From: Mizuhopecten yessoensis
Taxonomy: Eukaryota
DNA: 64,000 nucleotides
Direction: 5' to 3'
Assembly: GCF_002113885.1 (NCBI RefSeq)
Contig: NW_018407700.1
Span: 1,520,545 to 1,584,544 of the forward strand
Shown here: positions 29,701 to 41,559 of the stretch, one piece after another
How the letters are laid out: every line of letters begins with the position of its first letter
Numbering within the stretch: the first letter of the stretch is position 1
The notes under the pieces: model-generated
What the model was told of the DNA's origin: nothing
The model's input: only the letters and a program-made list of their open reading frames with translations
Database searches by the model: none
Position numbers and translations under genes: made by a program

Positions 29701-32700
29701 TTGAAGCTTTGAACATGTTTTGCCTAATTTGGTAATTATAATGATCATTTGATGGCAATTTGATGGTATGAAAATAATGATGGAAACAAAAGTTTATGGC
29801 GAACTGGTCATTCATAGGGGCCTACCAAATCTGTGTAGAGAAAATGACTATGAGAAAAGCTGTTATTTTTCGTTATTTCAATAAATCCATTTGAGCAGTG
29901 TTTAATTTGGCATTTGGTCCCTTCTTCTATTTTAAAATACAAATTTATTTTTTGACAATAAATTTGATCTGTTCTGTAAAATATCATTGAAATGACTCAT
30001 GTGTGCGTATGCCTTGTACATATGTAAGAGCACTTTTTCCACTTTCATTTCTCATCAGTAAGGTTGAATCAAAAGGAAGTCTTTACGATTAATTGATTTC
30101 AACGAATCGCTCTATACTGACATTAAGAAATGTGCAGAAGAAGATATTCGCCAATTTTGTCATTTTTTCCCCCCGTTGTTTTTACTGAGAAATAACAATA
30201 ATAGTGTTTTTATTTATTTGGTATTTCGTCAGTTTCCTTAAAATAAGACGACAACTTAAGTGATACAAAACAATAAAGAACAATTTGCTTCAAGGTCTTA
30301 TGAAATAAGGATAGTGATAAACCTGTTTAAATCATGTACCATTTCCCTCTTTATCTACAGGTCCTCGGAAAAACGCCTCAGCTAAGTAAATGTTTAGGAG
30401 GAAACGTAAGTTGAGAAAAAGAATATCATCTGAAAAGAGTTATAAGAGTTTATTGTACAGAAGGTTTCATATTATTCTGAGAACACTTAGAATAAAACAT
30501 GAAAATTACATTTGTTTCAGTAACCACTTTAATACTGAACTCTATGACAAACGTAACGACATATAATGCTTCTCTCTCATCCTTCGTAATGTAATTTCAG
30601 CCTCTTCTACCTGGTAATCTGTCGCAGTTTAAATGCTACTCTAGAGCCTGTTCTAAGACCATTGAAGAAATATCAACTACGAGATTTCACTGTGTTCTAT
30701 CATTAACGATTTGTTCACATTGTCTTAGAAAATTGTAACCTCCGTGATTTACTCGATTTGACAGACAGCTGTCACATGTACAGGTAAAGGCTACATTTCT
30801 GGAGCACCAACCGTCCTGTCCGGATCTTATCAAGAAATGTTTTCTTGTCATGCGTTAATTTTCTGTATTAGTTCAGTTGAAATTACATTTTTGTGTTGTA
30901 TTATCTCATGTGGTTATCATTACAGCCCACAAGGAGTGCATCCCTTTTAAAAGCAATTGTGGACGAACTGAATACAGACGACGGTCAAGTCAACAGTCAA
31001 AACGTCCGTTGTTTGCTCCGTTATGTTTTCAATAGGTATTGTTGTGTTCTTTATTGTCAATATGATGCACATATAATCCGTAAATAATACAATATCAATG
31101 ATGTGCTTACAAAACAATTCAGAACGTTTCAGGTTTGAAATTGAATTTATAGGAAAATTTGCCTTTTTCAGAGGATATATTGTAGACGTGAATGAGCAAT
31201 TGTTTTAAGTAAATGATAAAAATAATGAGTCAAAGTTCATTTTATAAATTAGTTTACTTCATTTTAGGGACGACTCATTCGTTTTGGGACACCAGAATGA
31301 CAGTCATGCATTTCTTCTTTCCCTACTTGACTGTGTAAACAACGATTCAGGTAATCAAACTTAAACATTTGTACTTAAAAAGTGAGAATATGAAACTGCA
31401 AACCAATGTTTCAATAACAAATCTTATGTTAGATTTAATTATTTAGAGTAATTTACATTCGATTGCAAATGTAATTTTATTTATGGCCAAATGTATTATA
31501 TTTTAAAGATATCCTCAGCTGAAATATGCCTTAAAGTCAAAATATTTGTAGTTACTTCATAAAGGTTTGAAAGACCACCACTTATTTTCAGCCATTGCTT
31601 CCAACGGGTACCAACATGCAGTAAATAAAAACATCTGGAATGTAATAAACCCGCCGAATCAAACAGACATAGTTCAGTTACATTCGGAATCAAATTATAC
31701 CAGCTTAGAAATAATTTCAGGCGGAATTTGAATCAGCGGAAATGCCCCTATAGTACAATGCTTTACTTTGACTTTATGTTGAGGTTCTCAATAAAAAATA
31801 TAAAAAAATATGTACCGGAGGTTCCAATTGTCTTTTCGTATTGATATTATGTTCCGACTTTGTGTTTTAACATTCTTAGATATATGTATTTCTCCACTTA
31901 AATTATTTAGGGAAACAACACATGAAGTATAAGATATAAAGCCAATGGTTGAACCCAAAAACAATCAGTAGTATTCAATGAAATTTTATCTACCAGTGTT
32001 AAAATAGGCATAATGAAGTGGAACTTAAATTACGGTGGCACAAAAGCCGAAGGTCGATGACACAAAGGAAGAGAGTTTAAAATTGTTGTGTACCTTGTAA
32101 TGTTTTAGTATAAATCTTTTCTGATTTTCTCCAATTAAGGAAATTCATATGGGTGTAGTATGGTAATAATCCAGGTTGGTGTGTAGATTGTGTTGGTATT
32201 ACTCTTAAGTTAACCATTCGCCGAATATTGTTATAAATGACAATAGCTATGTAAATATTTCGTTTTGCATTATTGTAAGTTGTAGATACATGCCGACTGT
32301 TTAGTGGCAAGATGACGAGTCGTTTCACGTACAACACGTGCAAACACGTGAGTAAGCAATTTTTCAGAAAAAAGTTCAGCCAAAAGTATGTTAAGCAGAA
32401 GGAAAAAAAGTAAAGCTATCCATTAAATTTGACACTGGAGGAAATAAATTTCATTTAAATTTCTAAAAGGCGTGTTGGTTTTCTAAATCTATATACCGTA
32501 AAAGAAATTAAAAAAAAAAATCTATTATTGTATTCATGTCCTAGCTTTAATTTACACAGGTGGAGTATTCAGGCGAACAACTCTTTTACAGTCTACTGAT
32601 GCCAATTAATAACACACATGTAAGACATTTCGATTACACATTTGCTACCAGGACAAACTTTTCAAACTGAACATACTAGCAGCTAAATGTTTGTGTCGTT

Positions 32701-35700
32701 ATAATTATATAAAGGTGCGACGGTACTTACTAATCGCAATGTGACATGTGTATCAATTAAATTTTCCAGAATGTACATTATTAGATAAATGTTAAAATCG
32801 TCATGCGATAATAATTTGAAAGAAACAACAGTTTAGATTGTATATTTTTAGTAATGAACTAATTTGCCAGTTACCATTTCAAAACTCAATATTCCATCAA
32901 CGTGTCTTTTTTAGACGTTGGATGATTGCATTAATGCATACTGCGAGGAGGAACATTTCCCTGACAACCTCCTTTGTTGTCGAGAGTGCCATGAAACTAA
33001 AGCTGGTATATATTTCCTTTTTTGTCGCTCTTATATTTTGATTCCCAGTTTTATACTTTCCTGTAAATGATATATCAGGAAAAAAATTGTGTAAATTCTT
33101 CAACATATTTAAAATATTTATAGTACATTTGGATGCTCATTTAAATGATTTCACGTTACAAAACATCCCAAATACATTTTTTTTTTTTTTTTTCATTAAT
33201 TAATTTTGGTAAAAACGTATTTTATAGCAAATTCGATATTGTGTGCATTCAATCATGTTTTAATTTCAAAGCAAAGTAATAATGTTTTGTTGATTATCCA
33301 TTTACTCTTGGTGTAGACACAGTTACATCCAAGAAGTTTGTTTTCACAAAACTTCCCGAAGTATTAGTCCTACAAATGGGCCGATTTGAAGAGGTAAGTA
33401 GGCATTTAGATCACGAACTCAATAATGTAGAATGAAAGATATACACCTTCTAAAGAAATTTTATGAATTTAAACGGCTATAAGAAGCATCGAGATCATAT
33501 TTGAAAAAAAATATAATGATATTACTTTCTTTTATTTATATATTAAAACCTACCTACCTTAAACATTAATCCGTGACTTGATTTTCGCAAAAAAGGACAA
33601 TGAATTTGAAAAATAATTCTAAACAAACGTTTTTGTTTTTAGTACACTGATGAGTCAGTTCTTAAATAGACAAAATTGCCATATGATGCCGTAAAATGTT
33701 GAATTTGTTTGACTTTCTACTTAAAATACGATTTTTCAAAGGTGTTTTCTTTCCTCATACCTCGAATGACTTATTTTCTTCTGAATTATTCTTGCATTAT
33801 AAAAGAACCATGTTAGTAAAATTCAAGTTCAAAAATGATTTCACATTGCGGTGGTTAACCTGTTGTCTGTTGGTGTATAAAGAGCTTAAGTGATGCATAA
33901 TAAACTGTGGGTAGATGGATATGGTTCCTCAATACATTTCTGAAACGAACATGAGCGAATTCCCAAAGGTATTGTTTTGACAATTTTAACTTCTAATTTA
34001 GCTTTTCTTGTCATAGATTTCGACCCATTAACATATTTATGTGTTATTAGCTGTATCTATATGATTTAAACCAAAGTACTCCAATCATAGTATACTCGTT
34101 TTATTTATAATTAATTACAAAAGCAAAAATAACAGTAAATGTATCATGTTGTATAAATAAAAGTAGTACCTGTGGTGGCGTAGGCATATGTTCCCATGAT
34201 TTTGACAAATCGCAGCACCTTTAGGGTTAGTTACACATTTGTAGTACCATATTTATGACATGGCCGTAAGACATAGTAAAATCGGTCAGTTATGTGATAT
34301 AGACATATAAAATCACATTACGCAGAACTACAACACGACAGAAAATAAATAAGCACACAAAGACTGATATTAATCTGTCATAATCAATATTTCGGCGATG
34401 ATGATAGCTTTGCATGTTTGTATATTTCAAGCACATGGAATCCCATGGGACGATTATACGGAAAAAAACCACAAGGATCAGTTTTGAAGAAAAGATTCAT
34501 TTTGACCTAGAGAAAATAGAGGAATCTGGGGTTCGTAAAATGTTACCTTGTAGTTATTATTTAAAACATACCTGAAGGTGTTTTGTTCATTTGTTCATTT
34601 TAGAGAATCACAATAAAAATAAGCCTCGGGAAAGACTAGCAAAATATATTACCTGTAACTGAGTGAGATCAGGTTATCTCAGTCGAGGGTTAAGATTCTT
34701 ACGCCTCGGTTGGGATGTTACAGAATCTTAGCCCGAGACTGAGAGAACCCGATCTTGCTCAATTACAGGTAATTGATTTTTTTTCTCGCACCTTTAGTTC
34801 GAAAGAACTATCAAATTTTGCTAAAAACTAAAAGTATCCTTCGTTGGGCATCAAATGATAATGACCTCTTCACTACTTAAGCTACATTTCAACGCTTCCG
34901 GGTAAAAATGTTGTCTGTCCTTACATGGATTACAACGTATTTCACAGTGTAGATTATATTTTATCTACAACATCAAATATATAACAACATCAAAACTACA
35001 TATGTAACAACAAAACAGAACATTTATAATGCAAATTGTCAATTTCAAGCAGTTAACGCGCGGATGAATACTTTGACATCGACGATCGAGATAGAAAAAT
35101 CTAGCATGGGGTATGACGTGGGATATCTCTGTCTGAGGTGCGAGTAAGGTTTATCTTGTCACGGGTCAATACCTGTCTTTCACGGGCAAATATGGGAGAA
35201 CACCTGGTCTTACTCTCCCTGTAGTTTCGCAAAGGTATCCATGTTAATCTTAGCTTAATTAGTATGAACCTTGCTGGGGTGTTTTAGAGTTTGAGCTCGA
35301 ATTATAGTTTTGTTAACACTTCGGTATTCTCTTGTTGTCCTCCTAGTATAGTTAAATTAGCGATACAAGAAACATCAGCCTCTTGTTGTCCTCCTAGTGT
35401 AGATAAATTAGCTATACAAGAAACATCAGTCTCTTGTTGTCCTCCTAGTATATATAAATTAGCGATACAAGAAACATCAGCCTCTTGTTGTCCTCCTAGT
35501 ATATATAAATTAGCGATACAAGAAACATCAGCCTCTTGTTGTCCTCCTAGTGTAGATAAATTAGCGATACAAGAAACATCAGCTTCTTGTTGTCCTCCTA
35601 GTATAGATAAATTAGCTATACAAGAAATATCAGCCTCTTGTTGTCTTCCTAGTATAGATAAATTAGCGATACAAGAAACATCAGCCTCTTTTTGTCCTCC

Positions 35701-36585
35701 TAGTATATATAAATTAGCGATACAAGAAACATCAGCCTCTTGTTGTCCTCCTAGTGTAGATAAATTAGCGATACAAGAAATATCAGCCTCTTGTTGTCTT
35801 CCTAGTATATATAAATTAGCGATACAAGAAACATCAGCCTCTTGTTGTCCTCCAAGTATAGATAAATTAGCGATACAAGAAACATCAGCCTCTTGTTGTC
35901 CTCCAAGTATAGATAAATTAGCGATACAAGAAATATCAGCCTCTTGTTGTCTTCCTAGTATATATAAATTAGCGATACAAGAAACATCAGTCTCTTTTTG
36001 TCCTCCTAGTATAGATAAATTAGCTATACAAGAAATATCAGCCTCTTGTTGTCTTCCTAGTATATATAAATTAGCGATACAAGAAACATCAGCTTCTTGT
36101 TGTCCTCCTAGTATAGATAAATTAGCGATACAAGAAACATCAGCCCTTTGTTTTCTGTTTGAAGGAGTTTATATGTTCGATTGCACTATCTTACACTTTC
36201 TGGGTGATGATTTAGCAACATACTATTAAGAGATATATATCATATTCATTTGATGTAATATGTCTGTCACTTACACTTCAGTAATACTTACGTCTTAACG
36301 ATATTTGAATCATTTAACACTAATCACCTTTATTTCTCACTGTTTCGTTTTCAGAAAAATACAAAGTCCACTTCAAACAAGACAAGATACTCCTATGAGT
36401 TGTATGGTGTTGTCAACCATTACGGAAGTATGGCAGGTGGTCATTACACAGCAACTGTCAAAATGGAACGAACTGACCGCTGGTACTTCTGTAGTGACAC
36501 TTGCGTTAGATCGGGCTCTAGCCCAGCTAAAAAAATGGATGGGGGAGCATACCTGCTCTTCTATCATTTACATCATGTACTGTAG
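14742..36585 (+). CDS. USP-family deubiquitinase paralogue 2 (~950-1020 aa): degenerate C2 domain, repetitive low-complexity linker, C19 domain
   Basis: N-terminal exons: 14742-14784, 15077-15157, 15775-15821, 16013-16042. C2-like exons: 18585-18712, 19452-19560, 19957-20130. Linker exons: 21759-21821(?), 22119-22247(?), 22559-22966, 23752-23937, 24176-24239, 24535-24611, 25174-25308, 25728-25791, 26104-26180, 26573-26636, 27528-27580, 28383-28499, 28728-28791, 29076-29113. Catalytic exons: 29356-29403 (GIANLGNTCYANSVLQ), 30361-30405, 30926-31035, 31268-31350 (QNDSHAFL), 32286-32347, 32560-32619, 32915-33005, 33317-33393 (LPEVLVLQMGRF), 34432-34530, 36355-36585 (YELYGVVNHYGSMAGGHY...WYFCSD...AYLLFY). 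The catalytic part is secure; the join to the N-terminal exons is inferred from phase continuity. Confidence 0.82.
16250..16760 (+). mobile_element. Degenerate non-autonomous Helentron/HINE(Pearl)-like element
   Basis: Begins tttttgttcacctg, followed by a tccgttcgtctgtccg microsatellite-like tract and GGGG-rich internal motifs. It resembles the element at 60780-61380. Boundaries are approximate. Confidence 0.35.
18367..18489. mobile_element. Fold-back (long imperfect palindrome) MITE-like element
   Basis: gcaaatattgttatgtcctatcacacaca...taaagccc pairs with gggctttaa...tgtgtgttataggaccataacaacattgc around a ~3-nt centre. Confidence 0.7.
18585..20130 (+). other. Three exons encoding a degenerate C2 domain within USP paralogue 2
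   Basis: Spliced peptide LGYLSLSASHKKRLVKMEDIRWTLP...DVWVQLKIFQNEKQVGKVVTAKQRTDVVNCIKFRGQLKTKIERDCPKTTVSLCVWTTKTSKKFFRKPDKSLGRVDIKLDSF...IYLHP tracks the C2 strand pattern (GxLxLSL; DPYVKL; KxKT; LxVxVW; DxxLGxVxIxL). Most Ca-binding aspartates are absent. Confidence 0.65.
21380..21700 (-). mobile_element. Possible decayed LINE ORF2 C-terminal fragment
   Basis: Peptide ...QLKLYDNPTFRYHEDAF...RFLEIRLSSLELDI loosely resembles the KLxxY...RLSSxxLxI motif at the end of LINE ORF2. Weak match. Confidence 0.3.
23700..29120 (+). repeat. Four-fold tandem duplication of an exon triplet (A, B, C) with its introns
   Basis: A exons begin TKETQ/TQETQ (23752, 25174, remnant ~26290-26370, 28383). B exons are all 64 nt, phase 0-1 (24176, 25728, 26573, 28728). 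C exons are phase 1-0 (24535, 26104, 27528, 29076). Shared intron motifs include gtgacaccacttgat and tttagggtca. Confidence 0.85.
26780..27505. mobile_element. Non-autonomous DNA transposon with TIRs and TTAA target duplication (Kolobok-like)
   Basis: TTAA-tGGGACAATTTAgTGAAGTA ... TACTTCAaTAAATTGTCCCt-TTAA. The equivalent intron of the other triplet units lacks it. Confidence 0.7.
34648..34773. repeat. Long inverted repeat (~52-bp arms), MITE-like hairpin
   Basis: attacctgtaactgagtgagatcaggttatctcagtcgagggttaagattct pairs with agaatcttagcccgagactgagagaacccgatcttgctcaattacaggtaat. Confidence 0.8.
35195..35340 (+). mobile_element. 3' fragment of a dispersed retroelement-like repeat (copy 1 of 3)
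   Basis: Shares gaacacctggtctta and tttgttaacacttcggtattctcttgttgt with the copies at ~40020-40350 and ~54240-54432. Confidence 0.55.
35329..36150. repeat. 51-bp minisatellite, ~16 copies, in the last intron of USP paralogue 2
   Basis: Unit tcttgttgtcctcctagtatagataaattagcgatacaagaaacatcagcc. Confidence 0.97.
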
Positions 36586-37194
36586 AGAATAATGATAGTG
36601 ATGTTTAGAAAGTTTATTGATATAAGTTCTTAGATTCTACTTGTTTAACGGAGCTAGATATATTCAATTATAATCAAGTTCAAGTTCTTTATTAAAACAT
36701 TCTACTCTTCGTCTATTTACTTTAATGCTTGATATATAAAGGAAAGCATTTGGAAAACGAAATTTTATTTATGTATTGATTTACATACTCACCTTTTACA
36801 TTTTACCAGTCACAAGAGAAGGTTTGGTTACATAAATCAAATAAACAGAATAATGATTAGTTCTTTTAAACAATATACGAAACGGAAGAACTGAAATATA
36901 AGCTTTCTGCGTCGAAAAGCCAATGACGTCATTAAATAGCAATGATTGATGACGTCACAACAAAGCTTCGTAAAATAGTACGTCACAGCACGTCACAACT
37001 ATCTCTCTCCACTCCCCACTTTAACATTCCAAACAGATATTCAGACCCCTATCAAAGTCACCAACAAAATTAATAAATCTCAAACACTAATTTTGTCGTA
37101 CTCTATATTGCAAGATATTCCAATTTGTTGGTACTTAATGGTTGATAGGATATTAGTTTGCTTTCCCATAACACTGTTCTTTCTTTGAAGGTCA

Positions 37195-37835
37195 CGTTTT
37201 ATGTATAGAATTGTATTGCAACTATGTCACATCTTTATTATATTACTGTAGTGTAACAGGGTCATGTCTTTATATATAGTTCTGTAGTGTAACTGGGTCG
37301 TGTCTTTATAAATAGTACTATGGTGTAACTGGGTCATGTCTTTATATATATTACTGTAGTGTTACTTGGTAACATCTTTATATATATTACTGTAGTGTAA
37401 CTTCGTCACATCTTTATATATCTTACTGCAGTCTAACTGGGTCGTTTAATTACAAATCTTTATATAAATTGCTGTTGTGTAACTGGGTCATGTTTTTATG
37501 TATAGTACTGTATTGTAACTGGGTCATATTTATATATAAATAACTGTAGTGTAACTGGGTCATGTCTTTATATATATAACTGTAGTGTAACTGGGTCACA
37601 TATTTATACATATAACTGTAGTGTAACTGGGTCACATCTTTATGTATAGTACTGTAGTGTGACTTGGTCACATTTTTATATAAATAACTGTAGTGTAACT
37701 GGGTCACATCTTTATATATATTACTGTAGTGTAACTGGGTCACATCTTTATGTATATATCTGTAGTGTAACTGGGTCATGTCTTTATGTATAGTACTGTA
37801 GTGTAACCTGATCACATCTTTATATATATTACTGC
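37195..37835. repeat. 36-bp minisatellite, ~17 copies
   Basis: Unit tgtagtgtaactgggtcacatctttatatatattac. Confidence 0.95.
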
Positions 37836-38321
37836 CGTCAGGTCTATCAAGCAACACTAATTATGTATAAGCGGTAACAAATAGGCAATGTATTATAATA
37901 TTTAGCTGATTCATCAGACAGAGAAGTTCGGAATCATTTCGCCATACCATTTTGTATATAGCAGGTAGAATTAGAAAGGACTAGATAAAGTAATTAGTGA
38001 GTATCAAAAGTGATGTCTCCAACGCCCATATTAATAGGGAAATACGTGATAAGGTTATGACATTAAAAAATACACCGGATATGTAATTATCAAAGGTTCT
38101 GGTATATTAACGCATGAGAGATTCAGGGAAATCATTTGTATTAATTTGTAAATGGGTTGTGTGACTTGGATGCATGTATGAATTAGCGAACGAAAATGTA
38201 AAGCACATGTGTATGTTTACACATATGTATTTAATAGGTTGGTTAGCAATGTTTGTATATTTATGAATTGGCCTATGAAAATGCACACATTAGACAGCAT
38301 TGATGACAAGGACAACGGCGA

Positions 38322-38353
<32 letters not shown>

Positions 38354-38357
38354 ATAT

Positions 38358-38724
38358 GGAGGCACGGTAGTCTAGTGGTAGGACGCCGGGTTCGTGACCG
38401 AAGGGTTGCGGGTTCAAGTCACGGCACGCACTGTGTTGTATCTTTGAGCAAGATACATTACTCCGCTTGTTCCAGTCTACTCAGCTGTAAATGAGTACGT
38501 GGTTGGGCAGTGCTAGAACTGTAGAATGCTAGCTGTGATCGCCGAAATGACAGCACCGGCTGTATGCTCCCCATGGAGTTGAGAAAGATATTGGCTGGTT
38601 GCAAAGGCCCTATAACCACGGATAATAATTTGTGAATCGCTTTGAGACGACCTACGAACTAGGTTGTTATAAAGCGGTATATAAGAACCTCGAATTATTA
38701 TTATTATTACTATTATTATTATTA
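38358..38724 (+). mobile_element. tRNA-derived SINE, apparently full length
   Basis: A box TAGTCTAGTGG and B box GGTTCAAGTC; central tgttgtatctttgagcaagatac...cagctgtaaatgagtac domain; 3' end aaagcggtatataagaa followed by a (TTA)n tail. A (GCT)n(GAT)n microsatellite precedes it at 38320-38355. Confidence 0.88.
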
Positions 38725-40019
38725 TATGCCAATGTGTAGGTTGTGAGTGAGATCACAAATGTATTGAAAACATATCTGTAAATAAACAATATCAATAAGC
38801 ATTTTTTGTTTGATATTTCATATTAAGTATAACATAGTTAGAATTTTGATGTAGATGAAAACAATTTTGAATTGCGAAAATCAAATATAAACATCCATCC
38901 TAGTGGTGCATTCCTGAGACATCTCGGTCTCGAGTTTGATACTTAATATGTCAAAGACCGTTATTCTATGGGTTTGTTAAAACGAAGTGGAAAACTTATA
39001 TATATTTATTTTTAACGATATGCAAAACTAGCAGATCTGGTACCTGCAACAAAGTTGAAGGAAGTATTAAGAAATTTCACCAATCGTAATCTTTCTGTAA
39101 AGAGAAAAGCGCCACATGGTAGAATAAATGTTTGGCTACAACAACGTACTAAATGTTTCAATTATTTCATATTTTTAGTGATTATTTTATGTAACATTGT
39201 GGTTCACTGTACTGCTGACCCCAAGGAAGGTCAAAATCTGTCATGGCTTACATAAAATACTAGTTCAAACTAAACCATCTGTTGGGTTCAAACATTGTTT
39301 ATTGGTTAATTAGTTATATAGGTTTTTAAAGTCGCATCCCTCCCTCCTTCTTCATTGCAACATATTAGACATGTTTCCTCATTCTCTAAGTTCAAACTTT
39401 ATTTTATTTTTACAACAATATTTCATGATACACAATATATTCCATAAGGATTCAGAAAAAAAGTAAATAAAATTATGTAAATCCGTCTCCTTTTAAACAT
39501 AAACAAGCATTTTTTTAACCTTTAACAACACTGGATAAACTTAAGTAAACGAAATTGCAATATAGACAGTGAATGTTTGCTTTGTTGTTGAATAGGTGCA
39601 TCTAGTGATAATTGTACACGTCAAAATGTTTGACAGAATAATTAAAGACATCATTCAGTTTAGTTTACCAATAATCTTTATCGATTACTATTACATTGAA
39701 ATAGTTAGTGTAACGTAAGAGAACGAAGACTTTGAGGTGTAATAATTTATGAACGGAAACAATATATGCTTTTTTTTTTTTATTAACATCTGATTTTAAT
39801 GAGATTGCTATACTACTAGACTGTACGATAAGCAGGACAGTTTCGATTTTTAAATATTGAACTTTTCCTTTCTTAAGTGTAACATTTCTACTTCCCAAAC
39901 CATTTCCTTTACATGCTAAATTTGCTTCGGTATTCACCGGCTAGCTTCGAATGTCATCATTTTTTTTGTTAGATGTCGACTGCTGATGATACAAGTAAAT
40001 GAAGACTGGTTTTATAGTC

Positions 40020-40350
40020 ACCATCACGGTGTCATTTAGAAATATGTCGTTTCTTTGCGTGATAAGAAGGCCGACGATGTTTTTATTATGCTCTTTAGTG
40101 TGCCTTGTGCTTGTGTTGTCGCTACCCTGTTTCTCGCTATGAAGCGTATCATTACCTGGATATTACCTGGCATTACATTTCGGATGTCGTCGATGAAGGA
40201 GAAGACGCTTACCCTTCAGAAACACTTGGTCTTATTTTCCTCATACTTTTACCAATGGTCTCCTTGTTCATCTTTCCATCGTCCATATTTTGTTTTAGTT
40301 TTATTGACTTTGAGTTTGAATTACTTTTTGTTGAAACTCTTCTCGTTATG
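40020..40350 (+). mobile_element. 3' fragment of a dispersed retroelement-like repeat (copy 2 of 3)
   Basis: gatgtcgtcgatgaaggagaagacgcttacccttcagaaacacttggtc ... tttgttgaaact matches ggtgtcgtcactgaagcagaagacgcttacctttccggaacac ... tttgttgaaact at 54255-54432. Confidence 0.65.
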
Positions 40351-40731
40351 TGGTGTAAACCAAACAAATGAAAAAAATAGAGAGAGCTGATGAAGAGGCG
40401 TCTTTGTTATATATTTTTAAGTGTAGAAGAATATATATAATTGAACAAATTTGAAACAAAACATTTTCAATATATCTGAAAGAGAAAGCACTAGTACCCC
40501 TAATGATATAAGGTAGCCTCAAGCTGTAGTTATTTAATGCTTGTGTATCATATCATCTGAAGAGCGAGAAGAGATAAATTATTAGATATTCATTTAGTTT
40601 GGTAAGATATACGTATGTTTTCCTTATAAAAGCTGCCACGTAGCACATCAGGTCAAGTGACGTGGCGAATGGAATCAATACATAAATTCCAGATAGATAC
40701 GAATATAAATAGATCCTAAGCAAACCTTGAC

Positions 40732-41037
40732 TTCCGAGAAATCCTGGACAGTTGGCGTTATTTATAATCACAAATCCCTATATGACGTTGCATTAAATAT
40801 AGATCGATGACGTGTCTGCATTTTCCGAAAATCAGCGAAAATATTTTTAACACATATTTCTGTCCTAAGTAATACTTTTGGTTTCGTTTTGCCTTAAAAT
40901 ATCACTGTACTTTCATTTTACTATAGTTTTCTTAGACAACAAAACAAAACATACGTATTGTACACATGAATTCCAAAATGACATCCTGTAAGCTGCAATG
41001 TAATGTTTGCGGAATAGAAACTGGACAAATGGTTAGT
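40732..41037 (+). promoter_or_regulatory. GAS, CRE-half and IRF-like motifs plus putative non-coding first exon of USP paralogue 3
   Basis: TTCCGAGAA 40732-40740; several TGACGT nearby; ACTTTTGGTTTCGTTTT 40874-40890; ACTTTCATTTT 40909-40919; donor ATG|GTTAGT at 41031/41032. Confidence 0.5.
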
Positions 41038-41559
41038 ATATTTTTCCTGATGAGCTTTATTCATATTTCGTTTAATCAAATTTAATACTTGCTTCATATC
41101 ACAGGTAAACTAGTCTGGACTATATAGAGACGTGCTTAGGATTATAATTACTTCAACCACTTTGCAAACAACAAATGCTAAATTGTAGACTTCACGTCAC
41201 AAAGATGTATACCACAACTTTGCCCTTGTTCAAAGGAACCAAAAGTATGTCATATTATTTTTTGTCTTCAAATATCACTGCATATTTATTAATTAATTAA
41301 TAGTAGTGTTTAGTTTTACCATCAACTCAAATTAAATCGTGCAAATTTGGTTTTTTATATTGATACGTTTTTTCTGTCCATATCTATTGTGTAAGCTTCG
41401 CCATGTCCTAATCGTTGACAGCCTGCGATAGAAGTCGAAAATTGTCATCATATCCATTGCAATACCTGTGCTGAAAAGATGGTAGTAAATCGAAAGCTTC
41501 ACAGAGGAAACCGAATACCGCATTACAGATGTTTGGTATGTGGCCGGTTTGGTAGGAAA

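Noticed and set aside
35291-36229. 312-aa Cys-rich repeat ORF as a real gene
   Set aside because: It is a translation of a 51-bp minisatellite, starts at TTG, and lies in an intron whose flanking exons (34530>36355) already join in frame.
37450-37857. 135-aa Tyr/His-rich repeat ORF
   Set aside because: It is a translation of the 36-bp minisatellite, with no splice or domain support.
38358-38430. A tRNA gene
   Set aside because: The A/B boxes run directly into a SINE body and (TTA)n tail, and there is no proper acceptor stem.
40055-40390. Two overlapping ORFs as a small gene
   Set aside because: They lie within a dispersed repeat that has related copies at ~35.2 and ~54.3 kb.
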